Shown one piece after another: positions 47,937 to 61,203 of a DNA stretch of 64,000 bases. The stretch is from Lama guanicoe (lineage: Eukaryota). Position numbers and translations under genes: made by a program. The stretch spans positions 1,016,833 through 1,080,832 of the forward strand of contig MU053376.1 in NCBI GenBank assembly GCA_013239625.1, written 5' to 3'. The notes below the pieces were generated by a model. That model did no database searches, was not told where the DNA came from, and saw nothing but the letters and a program-made list of their open reading frames with translations. The stretch's first letter is position 1. Every line of letters begins with the position of its first letter.

Positions 47937-49760
47937 CTGGGCTGGAGCCGAGCTCCAAAACCTGGAGGTTGTAGGTGCGACTGATAACCCCTTTGGTATA
48001 AATCTCACCCAGAGCTCACTAGCTCTCCTGATTTAAAAACCTGTTCCTACTCCTTACAGAATTGTCCCTAAGGAGAGAGAGGAGCTGCAGAATCCGGGCG
48101 CCCGAAGTGGGGTGCTTCACCGAAATCAGAGGGAAAGATTTTAACAGAAAAGGAAGGAAACAAGACCGGGACCAGTACTACCTCCATGGCTACCCTAAAT
48201 GGTTCTCACTTTCCGATACAAGTAGATACTGGGGAAGCAGCTAAAAATACCATGGACGTAGGGAAACCCCTTGTGTTTGCATTGCATCCTCCTTTTCCGA
48301 CTCTCCTTCTCCAGATGTGGAAAAGGGAGATGTGAAAAGAGCGTTAAAGAGCTTTAAACAGAAGTTCACTCGATCTGTTGCAGAGAGAGCGAGCTGGGTA
48401 AGGGGAAGTTGAGGTTAGTAGCCTTCCAAACCAGTTCTGATTATCTTGGCTTCTGCTAATACGGAAGACTTTTAGTGACACGAACTGTCACGGAGCCCTG
48501 GACACAATTATGAAGGAAACTTGACAACCACCTCTTTTTCGCCTCCTGTTTTCTTTCTCTTCTTCTCCAGGCACCAAGCCCTCCTGTCTTTCTTGCTGTG
48601 GAAAGACCTTATCTTCTACTCAGGCCAGATTTCTTTTGCAACAGCTTGTTACTGTACTTCCTCAACTGAATTTAAAGAGGAGACTTGAGTTTGAGTTTGA
48701 AACTTCCCCAGTGCCCTACCTTGAGAGCTGTGAAGTAAGGGTTTAGACTAGTTAATCTTTAATTTTGTAAGTTTTGCTTCAAAATGTTCCCTTCTGTCTC
48801 CCAATCTCTCATCCCCTGAGTGCACGTGCTCTTAGCTAAGTGATGTTGTGATAACGGGGTTCATTCAGTGTAAAATATGAAGGCTGTACCTGTCCACGGG
48901 CTTTTAGCATTTTGTAAAAAGGGGTTGCTGGTTCACATGAATCTCTACTTGGTAAATGGGTGTGAAGGCTGCCTTTAAGGAGGAACCTCAAATTCCTTCT
49001 CATGTGTTTCCTCCCTTTTACTTGCTCACATATTCTCCACAGGCCACTCTTCATCTTTGCAAGACCCCCATGCAACCCCTAAAAGGCTCAGTGAAACAGA
49101 AATGAAAATACAAAATGAAAAGTTTAATACAAGATGGTTGATACTATTTAAAAGAAGTGCTATAATAAAGCAATGTGTGATGATTTGCCACACACAGTAA
49201 CTTCTAGCAAAGGAGATCAGAGGAGAGAGTACTTGGGCTGGAGTTGTCCAGAAAAGGAATTGGGAATTAGTATCTTGAAGGAGGAGTGGAATGTGGGTAA
49301 GTGGAAATCATCAGGGAGGGCATTCTGTCAGGTGGAGCTTATCCTTTTAAAAACTACTCATTAGTTCTTTATATTATTTTTAAAGTAAATAATGTAGGAC
49401 TGTGCTGTAAAATTCAAATGGCACAAAAGGTATGCAAGGGAGAACTAAGTCTTCCTTCTCCCTGTCTCCCAGTCACTTAGATCCCCTCCCAGGAGGTAAC
49501 TACTGTTGCAGATATAGATACTATATAAATATGTATTTTTAAACACAAATGATAGCATACTATTCTTACTCTATTCTGCCCTTACAGATTCTTCCACACC
49601 AGAACATAAAGATCTGCCTCATCCTTTTTCACTGTGCATATACTACCATATGAATTGAGATTTTTATATAACAAGTCCTGTATCGATCGAACTTTAGTTT
49701 TGTGCAGTCTTTGGGTATTATGAATAATGCTGCAGTAATTAACCTCCTACATACATAATT

Positions 49761-50017
49761 GTTTTGTTTGCTTTTTGGGGTTTTTGTTGGGGGGGTAGGT
49801 TATTTATTTATTTATTTTTAATAGAGGTAATAGAGGTTATTTATTTATTTATTTTTAATAGAGGGATAGAACTTGTTCTACCTACCCCCATAATTAAAAC
49901 AATTTGAGGGGTAATAAATAAATTATTTATTACTGTTTTAATGGCAGTACTGAGGATTGAACCCAGGACCTTGTGCATGTGAGGCATGCACTCTACCACT
50001 GAGCTATACCCTCCCCC
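49761..50017 (-). mobile_element. vic-1-like SINE with a duplicated or compound tail
   Basis: Head at about 49940-50017; repeated GGTTATTTATTTATTTATTTTTAATAGAGG units. Confidence 0.75.
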
Positions 50018-50874
50018 CATAATTTTTAATATGTGTACGTCTCATCCTCATTTTTGAGCTGATGAGGAAAGTGATCGTTTCTTGCTATTTAAAACTTAAA
50101 GGATGTGAATGACAGTGAGCTCTTCCTAAATTATAATCACCTATAAGTCAAAATGTATATTGTGTTCAAATATCTAATTCTAAGGAGGAATGGGTGAAGA
50201 ATAAGGGTTTGAATGTTCACAAGAGGATTTAAGATGGTCTGGGAAAGTGTTTCCTGAAAGTGATGAGAATTAAACAGTTAATGAAGATGAATGCACAGGT
50301 TGACTTTTGTTCCCTTCTAGAACACTAAAATGACAGTAATGAGATTTTTTTAAAAGCATAAACTCACAATAATGAGAGGAACCAGTAGCAAAAAAAAAAA
50401 AAGTAGAAGCTGGAAAGCAAATGGACAGTGTGAACTAAGTTACTAGCCCGGAGAAACCTGAATCCTAAACTCAGAGTGGGAAAAGCTGAGCCCCACCCTG
50501 ATCAGCAGGGCTGCCAAGTACAGGTGCGTGTACCCTGGGCAGGGATTAAAACAAGTTATTTTGAAAGCTGTTTAAGAGCAGTCACATCCCCAAATCACAT
50601 CCCCTCTCCTTCAACTCCATTTCCCTGCAAATCTCCCCCCAAAAGACTGAAGTATTTATTCTCCAGAGAGGATTGAACAGGAGTTCTCTGTATAAAAAGG
50701 GAGATTAAATGAACTAAGATACTGGATGCTAAGATTCCCAGCCGTCCTCCTCCATTCAGTTCCAGCCCTCTGACCACCAGATGGTTACTCTCCAGAGAGG
50801 AAACTTGCAGTGTCTTCGTTAAGGAATTTGACCAGCCCAAGAGGCAAGGCCTAAAAGTACTGACATAGGAACCA

Positions 50875-51395
50875 AGTTTTTGGTTTTTATTAAGTATACT
50901 TGACATACAACCATTATATTAGCTTCAGCTATACAACATCATGATTCGATATTTACATCTATTGTAAAGTGATCATCACAGTAAGTCTAGTTAATATGCA
51001 TTACCATACATAGTCAAAGAATTTTTTTTCTTGTAATGAGAACTTTTAAGATTTATTCTCTTAGCAACTTTCTTTTTTTTTAATGTATTCATTTTACTTA
51101 TTTTGTTATTTTGGGGGGGTCATTAGGTTTATTTATTTATAATGGAGGTACTGGGGATTGAACCCAGGACCTTGTGCATGCTAAGCATGCGGTCTACCAC
51201 TGAGCTCTACCCTCCCTCTTCTTGGCAACTTTCAAATGTGCAATACAGTATTATTAACTCTGGCCACCATGCTGTACATTATATCTCCATTACTGACTTA
51301 CTTTATAACTGGAAGTTTGTACCTTTTGACTCCTTTCCTCCATTCTGCCCCCAGCTCCCACCCTCACCCTCACCCCAGCCTCTGGCAATCACTAA
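50875..51395 (-). mobile_element. Older L1 3' UTR, interrupted by a SINE
   Basis: Reverse L1 tail pattern ...TATACAACATCATGATTCGATATTT...CCTCTGGCAATCACTAATC. Confidence 0.65.
51073..51219 (-). mobile_element. vic-1-like SINE inserted in an L1 3' end
   Basis: Flanking direct repeat TCTT(A/G)GCAACTTTC. Confidence 0.8.
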
Positions 51396-52231
51396 TCCAG
51401 AACAGAAATTTTTATCTGGCTTGTTCATTGCTGTCTCTAGCACCCAAAACAGTGCCTGTCACTTAGTAAGTTTTCATTAGATATTTGTTGGATGAGTGAA
51501 TGTTCACTGGAAATATTTTGGAATATTCAGAAAAACACAAAGGAGAACATAAAAAAACACTCATATTTCTATCCAGAAAGACTCAGTGGGTTATATTTGT
51601 AGCTATTAATGTTTATCTCCTTTGGAGGAAGAGGAACAGGTGAGAAATGTGTAACTCTTTCTAACTTTACTTTTCCATGGCAAGTTCCTCTTGGTTAGAT
51701 GATTTCTAGAGCGATTCTGAAGCCTTGAACCTCATGTTTTTATAGGTGGGAATCAGGCGCTTTTTGTGGAACACCAAAAGACATTAACATCTAATTCTGT
51801 AACATGCATTAGGAACAAGTTTACTAAGAGAAACGATGACTGTTCTCTATTATGCAACGTAAAATCACAATCACATATCCCAAGAATTAAAAAACCCCAC
51901 AAATTAAGGGGAAAAAAATACTACAAACAATTAAACAATGTTTCTGAGTTTTCTTTACTACTTTACTACTGTTTCAATTGTTGTCATCTTCTAAAGTTAC
52001 TAACAGGCAAGTGATATTCAATGCCAAAGAAAACAGGAAGAATTTTGGAAGATGAGAAAATATAATTCGTTAACTTAATTGGGAGAAGAGCCCCATTATC
52101 AAGTTGAACAGCAGAACATACCTTCTTCCATCTCAAACTGATTTCCAAGGGAACTTGTTTTAAGAATCCCTGTTCCAGACCATCTTGCTCCCTTGTCTGC
52201 TTATTCTGTATGTTGCTGGTCGTGTTGCAGA

Positions 52232-52415
52232 GCAGTGCTTCTCAGACTTTCATGTGCAGAAGAATCATGCAGGCATTTTGTTAAAATATGCTGCTGATTC
52301 AGTAGGCGTGGGGTGGGGGCTCGGGATTCCACATTTATGACAAGCTCCCAGGTGATGTTTGGGTGACGCTCCCAGGACAATGCTGCCGATCTGTGAACCA
52401 CCCTTTGGGTAGCAA
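52232..52415. mobile_element. hAT-Charlie MITE (MER5-like)
   Basis: CAGTGCTTCTCA...GCTGATTCAGTAGG...AAGCTCCCAGGTGATG...ACCACCCTTTG. Confidence 0.65.
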
Positions 52416-52459
52416 AGGTGTATGGGGACAGAATGGGAATCAGCAAAGCCTTAGGGTTA

Positions 52460-53320
52460 AGGAAATAAGTACTAGAGTCAAGGAGACCTGCGTTCAAATC
52501 CTAGCTCTATCCCTTCCCATTTGTATGCCCTTGGAGACATTACTTATTTTCTATAAGTCTTAGCTCCTCATCTGTAAAATGGGAATAATAGTACCTTCAT
52601 CATATGGTTATTGTGAGCATTAAAAAGAGCAAGGCCAATTATAGATCTCAAAGTACACAGCAATAAAAAGTCTTTTAAAAAGAAGTATCTGACACATGGT
52701 AAGTGTTCAATAAGTAGCAATTGCTTTTATCAATTGTGTTATCATTATTACAAAGTGAGTTCTAGTCCTCACTTGTTACTGTATCATCTTGTGCAAGTCA
52801 TTGGCTCCTCTGAGTCTTGGTTTTCTCATCCATCAAATGAGTGACCACCTCATAAGTCTATTATGAGGGTTGAAATGGGGGGAAAAAAGTATAAAAAATG
52901 CTTAGCACAGAGCCTTGCACATAGAAAGCATTCAATACAAGGTAACTGAGATGATGATTGCTATAAGCCTAGGTTCTAGTCCTGTGACTTGTTAAAAGAG
53001 AGAATGCTATGACTGTGTTAACATCTCTGTATTGTTGGATGGAATGAGCTGTAGGAAGAGAAAGTGCTTTGGAAATGAAATCCTGTAAAAATTAAGGTAA
53101 AAGCATGGGAGCCAGAGAGAATCTGACCTGAGTTCTGGTCCTATCTGTGACACTACTTACTTTGTGACCTTAAGCAAATCAGTTAGTTTTTTGGAGCCTC
53201 AGTTACTTCATCTGTATAGTGGAACCAATAATACCTACTTCATGGGTTGGAAAAATTAAATAACAAAATGTATAAAGCAGTTAGTACCTTGTCTGGCACA
53301 TAAGATGGCTTAATAAATCT
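52460..53320 (+). mobile_element. Cluster of three MIR relics
   Basis: MIR core variants (CCTCATCTGTAAAATGGG, GAGCCTCAGTTACTTCATCTGTA) at about 52565, 52820 and 53195. Confidence 0.65.
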
Positions 53321-56035
53321 TATCTTTCTTTCCTATGGATAGTAATTACATTTAGGAGTATGTGTTTTTCCAAGGAAAATTATGTATTTCCAAGAATATT
53401 TTGTTTCTGATGTTCTTTACATGAAGGTTTATTAACTTGAAGATTAAAGGTCCATAAAACGGAATTTCTAAATGCATTCTATTTAATTATACATTAAGAA
53501 GCATTCCAGTGCTGAATATTTCATCAGTGGCATCCCTGGCTGTTAGGATGTGGAACATGGGAGGGAAAAACAATCAATTAAAGAAATTTAGTATAACCCC
53601 AAACAGAGGTAATCTTTGTTTTACTGCCAAGTAGACAAACAAAGTTTCTAGAAAATTTTTAGAGTAACTGACCCCAGGCTTTCCAAAAGAAGCCCTGAAC
53701 ATAGTTTTGCCACATTTCATTTCTCAAAAGTAAGATTAGTAGATTGGTAATGATTTTCCAGCTCTAAGTATTTTTGATCCTTTTTCCACTCTGTTGCCTG
53801 ACATTTCAGTGGAACTTGGTTTTGGTTAATTTCTTTGCCTGCCCAGTATGAGACCTTGTAACAGGTTATATTTTTATCTTTCTGGGCTGATCCTGGATGG
53901 AAAAAAGATGGATAGATGGAAACCTACCAATACGTTTCTCTGTGTCTCTGTTATCTTGGTAGAAGTTTTCTGGAAGATCCTGAAGCCTGAGTTCCAAAAC
54001 ATATTCCAGCTGGCTTAGTATGTATCTATCCCCATGTGCCAAACACAATGCCTGACACAAAGAATATGCTTAATACATATTTGTCGAAAGAAGGTATTTC
54101 ATGTTATCCTCCTGTCTACTCACTTTCTCATGAATCAAGCTCTGTAGGGAGGTGGTTTAAAGGAGGTAAGGGCTAGGTTTCCAAAGCAAAGGTAGATGGA
54201 AAGCTTCCTGGTCATGAGAATGTTCCCCATCCCCAAATTGTAGAGACAGGCAGCACTACCTAACAAGCTTCACATAAACCTCCATCCAAGTGCTTGGAAA
54301 GCCAGCCCTCAACCTAGCTGAGTCCCCTTCCTGTGTGTCAGTGTCTAGGGCTCCTGTCACTTTCCTGGAGCTGATTTCAGAAGCACTGATCTAGCACCCT
54401 TCGCCAAGTAGGGCTTAGTGACCCATAAGCCAGTTTCCAGATGACATGCACACACATCTGCATAGGGGCTATGACATTTGTTTCCAGGTGTGGAGGAATC
54501 AAGGGGAAAAAACAGTATTCAATTCAAATATAAAAATAATTCATTTCAAATAAAATTTTCAGCCGTCCTATGTCTTGGCATAGAACTTGGTATAATTATT
54601 TCTGAGCACTCCCCTCCCGTCCTTATCCAAACTGTATCCATTTAGTTCACATCATCTTTAGCTCTTACAACAACCCTGGGAAGATGGATATTTCCATCCT
54701 TATTTTATAGATGAGACTGAGACTCAGGTTAAGTGACTTGTCTAAGCCCATACAGCTAACAACACAGGTTCATCTGACTCCAAGGCCCTTCTAGCTCAAC
54801 ACAATTTTGCCTTCTAATTCTTTCCTTTTATATTATTTAAAGAAAGCTTTTCAGGTTTCTATATACTCGCCATGTTTATCTCTTTTAATAGCAGCACGAC
54901 ATTCCATGACACTAACGCCACTGTTACTCATCCGCTCCCTGTTCTTGGGCATTTAGGTGGTTTCAGGTTCTTCATTGTGAGAAACATTTTCTGTGGTGTT
55001 GCTGCTCTTTTCCTCTTTTGAATTATTTCCCAGGATAATTCCCTGGAAGGTTTACTGGGTGAGAAGGTACAGATATTACATGGCTATAGCTATATATTCC
55101 TGAATTGTGGTATGTCATCGCATCTTGAAAGAGAGCACTGTCTTCTTTCACCAGCATCCTATGTGAGGTTTCAGACAAGCCTGGGAGATTCACTAATGAA
55201 AACAGCCCTTTGTCCCTGTATCTGCTTGGGTATGCCCCAGAGTCATATGAGATTCCGTGAAAATAATTTATTACATAAACATGCGTACTCCAAGATAAGA
55301 TCTCACATGAGATAGTGTGATTCCTCTTTCCCAGGAGAGGTTTCCTTGATAAAGTTGTCTTTTTCTCTTTGCAGTCACAAGATCAGCAGAAGGTTTTTCA
55401 AGCAACTGACATTTCTTCTTGATTCAGACTGTCGCTCTCCATTCCTGTGTCTGGAAAAGGTGTGGCAGCTGTTAGCAACAAAACCTAGACTTCAAACTAG
55501 GTACAAAGAGTTGGAATAAATAACACCAAAGGAAGGAAGCCCCAATAGTCAGAGCTGAGAAAGGTTTTAGGAACTGTCAGGAGGAAGTAAAATTGCAGAA
55601 AAGTCATTCTCTAGTAAGAAGCTCTGTTTCAGCTGTTGGAAGGTAATTTTGAAATGTATATTAATATTTCTGAAGTTTAGTTATCCTATATGACAAGCGT
55701 ACCATTGGAGGGTATTGGAAAGTTTAGATTGAAATGATACACAGTGCATAATGGGCACTCAATCCCAAGGCAGTAGGCATTGTGGGAAAAGTACAGACAT
55801 TGAAGGCAGGCAGAACTGGTTTGGCTAGAGCTCTTTCTAGCCGGGTGACCTCGGGCTAGTTTTTAATCCTCTTTGAGCCTCAGTTTCCTTTTCTGTAAAA
55901 TGAAGATTATGATATTTATCTACAGAGTCTGTTTTGCAGACTAACTGGGAGTGTGACTCAGACATATAGTAAGTGCTTGATTTTTAAAAAAAGGAGCTAT
56001 TCTGTCAATATGATCAACCAAGTCTTCCTCTCCAT

Positions 56036-56223
56036 CAGTGGTTCTCAAACTTAATGATATAAGAATCACCTGGGATATTTGTTTAAAGGTCAGATTTTCA
56101 GGCTCCACCCCTGGAAGTTGTTTCCATTAGTGTGGGATGGGGCCCAGGAATCTGCATGTGTAACTAAATTCCAGGGTGATTTATGTTGCTGGTAGTCTAT
56201 GAACCATACTTTGAGAAACAATG
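56036..56223. mobile_element. hAT-Charlie MITE (MER5A-like)
   Basis: Terminal inverted repeats CAGTGGTTCTCAAA / TTTGAGAAACAATG; internal AGAATCACCTGG and GGAATCTGCAT. Confidence 0.8.
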
Positions 56224-57638
56224 CTCTATGATCTCAGGGAATAAAAAAAAAAATGTTCTTCCCATCACTGATATGCCGTTAAAACTCTCTAATGTGCAGA
56301 TGTAAAATTAAAGAGATCCAAATATTGAATGATTCTATATTCAAGATGATTTATATAGTTCTTACCTACTTAAAGCCTTCAGGAGCATCCTAAAGTGACA
56401 CTTCATCCTTTTAACACTCATGATATAGATGAATGTGTATAAAACTCTTCTTTGGAGTCAATTTATTAATCCCTCACAGAGATCTCTCTCTGGTCTGAGG
56501 TACTTAGTTATCTCCCCCTTGGAGTGTAGACAGACATCCCGTCTTATCTTGTTTCACATTTCATTTGTGTCTCATTTCCCCAACTGGACTTAAAGTCCAA
56601 AGGCAGGGGCCAGTGTCATTTTTTGTTCTCCCTCTTCCATAAGCATCTTGTAAAACCTTTGTAGATGATGTTAGTTCATAAATATATTTGAATGAATGTA
56701 GATTCAGCAACCTGTAGCCTGACACTCATCGATAAATCCTTTACCACAAGAGGGGCTCAAAATGACAGTCATGAAAGGGTGAGCTCTTAGGCTTTGAGGT
56801 TTGGAGTCAGACAGAACGGAGTGCAGCTTTCAAGTCTGTGGAAGTGCCGTGGTCTCTCTGAGCCTGTTTTCTCATTTGTAGAGTGAATAACACCTCGCAG
56901 ATTTGTGGTGGGGATTGAGAGAAAGTTCACACGCATCCTAGCAAAATGCCTAACACCTGTGGTTCTCTTTAAACGGTACATTCTTGCTCTTATTATTGTA
57001 TTAAAAGTACCACATAGAAGAACATGATGGAACTGTCACAGATATTTCTCTTCAGATATAAAATAATAAACAACTGATTCTATCCCAGCAAAGCTGATAT
57101 TTCCTTTCTTTCTTTTCTTGTCTCTTTTTTCTTTCTTATTTTTTAAGGTCTAGCATTTTCAGCGTTAAGTAATAAATCTCCAGAGGTTTGTATGGATTCC
57201 CGATGGAGATGGGGAAGGACACAAAGCAGCCATTTTACTAGTCCTAGGCTCTCATACACAGCAGTACAATCATGGTTTAAGTTTATGCTGCACAAGCCTC
57301 CTCTGTTCATGGCCATGATTATTATGACTTTTCTCCCATTACGGAGAAGCAACGAGCAGCCAGAATGAAGAATGAGCGTCCTACCTGCAAGGAGAAGCAG
57401 GGACGTCCAGCTTTTCGTATTACAGATCGGAGATTGATTAGTCCCAGGAGTGAGACAGACTTTGGGTTCCCTATGCAAGTCTTAGGGAAGCTGTGAGAAA
57501 ATGGTTATAAAAGGGACAATCTGGGTTTATTTACTTTTTTAAAACATTGCCAGTTAGGTATCAGAGATTTTGTGCTATGGATGAAATAATATATACAATT
57601 TCTCCATACAAATAATAATTACAGTTTTATTTCTGAGG

Positions 57639-57640
<2 letters not shown>

Positions 57641-57681
<41 letters not shown>
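57641..57681. repeat. A41 homopolymer
   Basis: Direct count of 41 A. Confidence 0.95.
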
Positions 57682-57683
<2 letters not shown>

Positions 57684-58817
57684 AAACGAATAGGTAAGAA
57701 TAAGGTGGGTATTGTTTAAATAAACCAAGACAGAATGGTAAACAATCATTTTGAATTACATATGTCTAAGTAATAACATACAGAAAACATGGAAAAATGT
57801 AATAACACGTGGAAAATGCTTCTGAGTACATTTTACTTGAAAAAACGGGATAAAAAAAATTAGTTTAGACTCAAAAGAGCTTTCTCCAACTCACCAGTGA
57901 TGCAGAGCATTCCCAGTCCTGCCTGCCTCTTACAACAGCCAATAAAAAGCCTGTGCTTTGGTGGTGGGATTTTGACGTCATCAGCAAGCCAGCCAATCGC
58001 CCTGAAGATAATTTGCATAGTTCACACCTCCTAAAACTAAACCAAACCCAATTTCTTTTAAAGAGAGAATTGAGTGGAAGTGGAAATCTCCAAAAGAAAG
58101 GGAAGAAAATTACACTACCAAAGGAAAACTTGTAATGATGTTGGTATCAAAATACAGTGATCAAAATTATTACATCTAGTCTCTTTCGAGAGTACTTTTA
58201 CCTTCTAAGCAAAGCACTCACTAGTATGTTTGTTAAAACTTAAGAACAGCTGACAAGCCATCTGAAGTTTAAAATGTTTTTTAAAAAAAATTCCTACAGA
58301 ATAGGAAACAATTTTCTTGGATAATGTATAAGCCTCTTGCTATTGGAAAAAGAGAAGTCTTATTTCTTAGAGTTAATTGCCTTTTCAAAAAGAAAAAGAA
58401 ATCTATGCTTACTTGTTGAGCTTGGTACCTTACTCTGTATAATTAAATTTCAGTTTCTCAAGCCAAATAAATTGGCTGTTGACAAGGATAACAGGATTCC
58501 ATAACCTTGATCTTAACTCCTTGTTTATATGCTTACTGGTTTAGCAAATTTGATACTACCAGGAGTGCCCGCTTTCATTAGCCTAACTGGGATTTCCTTT
58601 CAAAAAGCATTAAGTTTAGTGGGATAATCGTGACTTTTCTCATGTTGGCTTAGACAAGTTTGTTAATTGTTTTTGTTTCATTCAGGTTTACTGAGCACAT
58701 ACTATGTGTCAAGTGTTTTCACATGCATTACCTAGTTTAATCCTTAAAATAATCATGTGAGGATAGATATTATAGCTATATTAGCCCTTGTTTACAGATG
58801 AGAAAACCAACAGTGAG

Positions 58818-59069
58818 GGGGCGGGGGGTGGGGGGAGGGACAGACTGGGATTTCAAAATATAGAACAGATAAACAAGATTATACTGTATAGCCAGGGAAA
58901 TATACACAAGATCTTGTGGTAGCTCACAGCGAAAAAAAATGTGATAATGAATAGATGTATGTTCATGTATAACTGAAAAATTGTGCTCTACACTGAAATT
59001 TGACACAACATTGTAAAATGACTATAACTCAATAAAAAAAAAAGTTAAAAAAAAAGAAAAAAAGAAAAA
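58818..59069 (+). mobile_element. L1 3' tail inserted in a MIR
   Basis: 17-bp [20 protein letters not shown] at 58801-58817 and 59070-59086. Confidence 0.87.
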
Positions 59070-59418
59070 AGAAAACCAACAGTGAGAGAGGGTAAGTGAT
59101 TTGGTTGCCCAAGAATGCATAGAAAGTAACAGAACCAGAATTCTTACAAGGATTTCCTAACACCAACATCAGTTTTCTTCCCACTACACCAGGTTATTTA
59201 TCTGCAATTAACTAATGGTGCCAAGCAAGATGCAAAATGCTACTCTTACATACGGAATAATAATCTCTTGCGTTGTAAATCTGCAATTTTTTTGTCTTAT
59301 CTTGAACATCAAAATAATAGTATGTGCCTCTATTTTCCCAAGAAACCTAGAATGACAAAAGGATCCAATCTTTTATACAAAATTTCAGTCAAAGTATTTT
59401 CAAGTTCTCTTTATTTTA

Positions 59419-59603
59419 CTTTATTTTGTATTTATTTATTTTTGTTGTGTGTGGGTGGAGGTAATTAGGTGTATTTATTTAATTATTACTATTATTTTTT
59501 AATGGAGGTACTGGGGATTGAACCCAGGAACTTGTGCATGCTAGGCATGCACTCTACCACTGAGCTGCACCCTCCCTCTGCTGAGCTAATTATACCTTCC
59601 CCC
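59419..59603 (-). mobile_element. vic-1-like SINE
   Basis: 18-bp TSD CAAGTTCTCTTTATTTTA at 59401-59418 and 59604-59621. Confidence 0.85.
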
Positions 59604-59938
59604 CAAGTTCTCTTTATTTTAGGTACTCAAGAATCTACTATGGCCAATGAAAATTTACCATCACCTTCAAACTGGTGGTTGCAGGTCACACAGCTCTCTA
59701 CACAACTTCTTACCCAAACTTCTCTGGCAGGAGTATATTTGTTCTCCAACGTGATACTCAGTGAAAGTCAAAAATGGGTGAGACACATTTGAACCCCTAA
59801 GATAAAGCCACTGGAGTGGAATGTGCAACTTGTTTGAAACTGGGTGACATCTGTTTATAGCTTTGGCCCTCACTCTGTGCCAGGCAGTGTCTAAGTGCTT
59901 TAAATATATTACCCAACACCCTGTAGGGTAGGTATCCC

Positions 59939-60069
59939 TTCTTTTTTTGCAGGGGGAGATAATTAGGTATATTTATTTAATTAATTTTTTAATGGAGGTA
60001 CTGGAAATTAAACCCAGGACCTTGTGCATGCTAAGCATGTGCTCTATCACTCGAGCTATACCCTCCCCC
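59939..60069 (-). mobile_element. vic-1-like SINE inserted in a MIR
   Basis: TSD TAGGTATCCC at 59929-59938 and 60070-60079. Confidence 0.8.
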
Positions 60070-61024
60070 TAGGTATCCCCACTTCTAGACTAGGAAACTG
60101 GGGCTTAAAGAGGTTAGACAACTTGCCTCCAATCACATGGTCAGTGGAGAGCAGAGCCAGGATTTGTCCCCAAGCAGTCTGGAATAACCATGATACTACA
60201 CTGCCTCTCTAAAATGGAGTGCAAAGCATTGGCTGACTTCATGAAACATACTACTTTTTGTTTACCTGCATTACACCTTGCTAAATATGACCACAAACAA
60301 GAAATTTGGCCATCATGCTATATGTCTATAACATAAAAATCAAACTTAAGATCAACTACAACCTAGTACGGAAATGAGGCATAATTCAAAATGATAATGG
60401 TCTCTTAACGTTTCGCAACCACTCCCTCAACTTTCCTTCAGCCTAGAGTCAGGTCATGAACATGTGTTTGCATGTTCTCATCATACGCTGCTGGCCGCGG
60501 CTTGCCGCCCAAGACTTGCCCAGGGTCTGTGGGGGCCCCTGCACTTCTCTGGGGAGAGTCAGGGAAGGGGCAGTAGACTCTGCGTGACATCTTGCATGGA
60601 AGGCATCTGCCCCTACTGGTTCTTTCTAGTCCTGCCACCGTCTTCACTCCCTCATCATTGAGAACGCTAAAGACTTGTGGCCTTGTGTTTCCACATTGTG
60701 CCTGATACTGTGTAGTGGAGGTGGGGGTGGTTCTACATTTCCAGCCCATCCTAAATGCCTGTCTTCTAAAAATGGAGCTGCCTCATTTAGAAAGTAGCTA
60801 CTTAACTGAAGTAAATTCTTAGCAACTTAGGCTCTTCTAGGACACACATTCAAATGAGTGGTTGGAAGGGGAAGAAGACAGAAGAGAGTCAGAAAACTCA
60901 CAGAGTAGTAGGACTAAAGTGAGGCTGGGATGGCACGATGGGTGTAAAAGAGATTGGTAAACTGTGAAACGCTTTCGCTATCATCACTGTGATTCACAGA
61001 CTGAGTGGCCCCTTCACTATAGGC

Positions 61025-61203
61025 CAGCGGTTCGCAAATGTTAGCTTGCATCAGAATTACCTGGAGGGTTTGTTAAAAAAGATTTGGGGGCCCACTGTTT
61101 CTGATACAGTAGGTCTGGCAAGTGTCCAATAATCTGCATTTCTATAAGTTTCCAGGTGATGCTAATGCTGCTAGTCCCAGGATCCATATTTTGCAAACCA
61201 CTG
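61025..61203. mobile_element. hAT-Charlie MITE (MER5A-like)
   Basis: Terminal inverted repeats CAGCGGTTCGCAAA / TTTGCAAACCACTG; imperfect 8-bp TSD ending TAGGC. Confidence 0.78.

Larger units (their letters stand above)
46950..48130 (-). promoter_or_regulatory. DSTYK CpG-island promoter
   Basis: CpG-dense region around exon 1 with GC boxes and CRE half-sites near 47768, 47806 and 47906; no clear TATA box. Confidence 0.85.

Noticed and set aside
57900..58400. snRNA or histone gene driven by the octamer module
   Set aside because: No recognisable PSE, snRNA body or histone ORF in either direction
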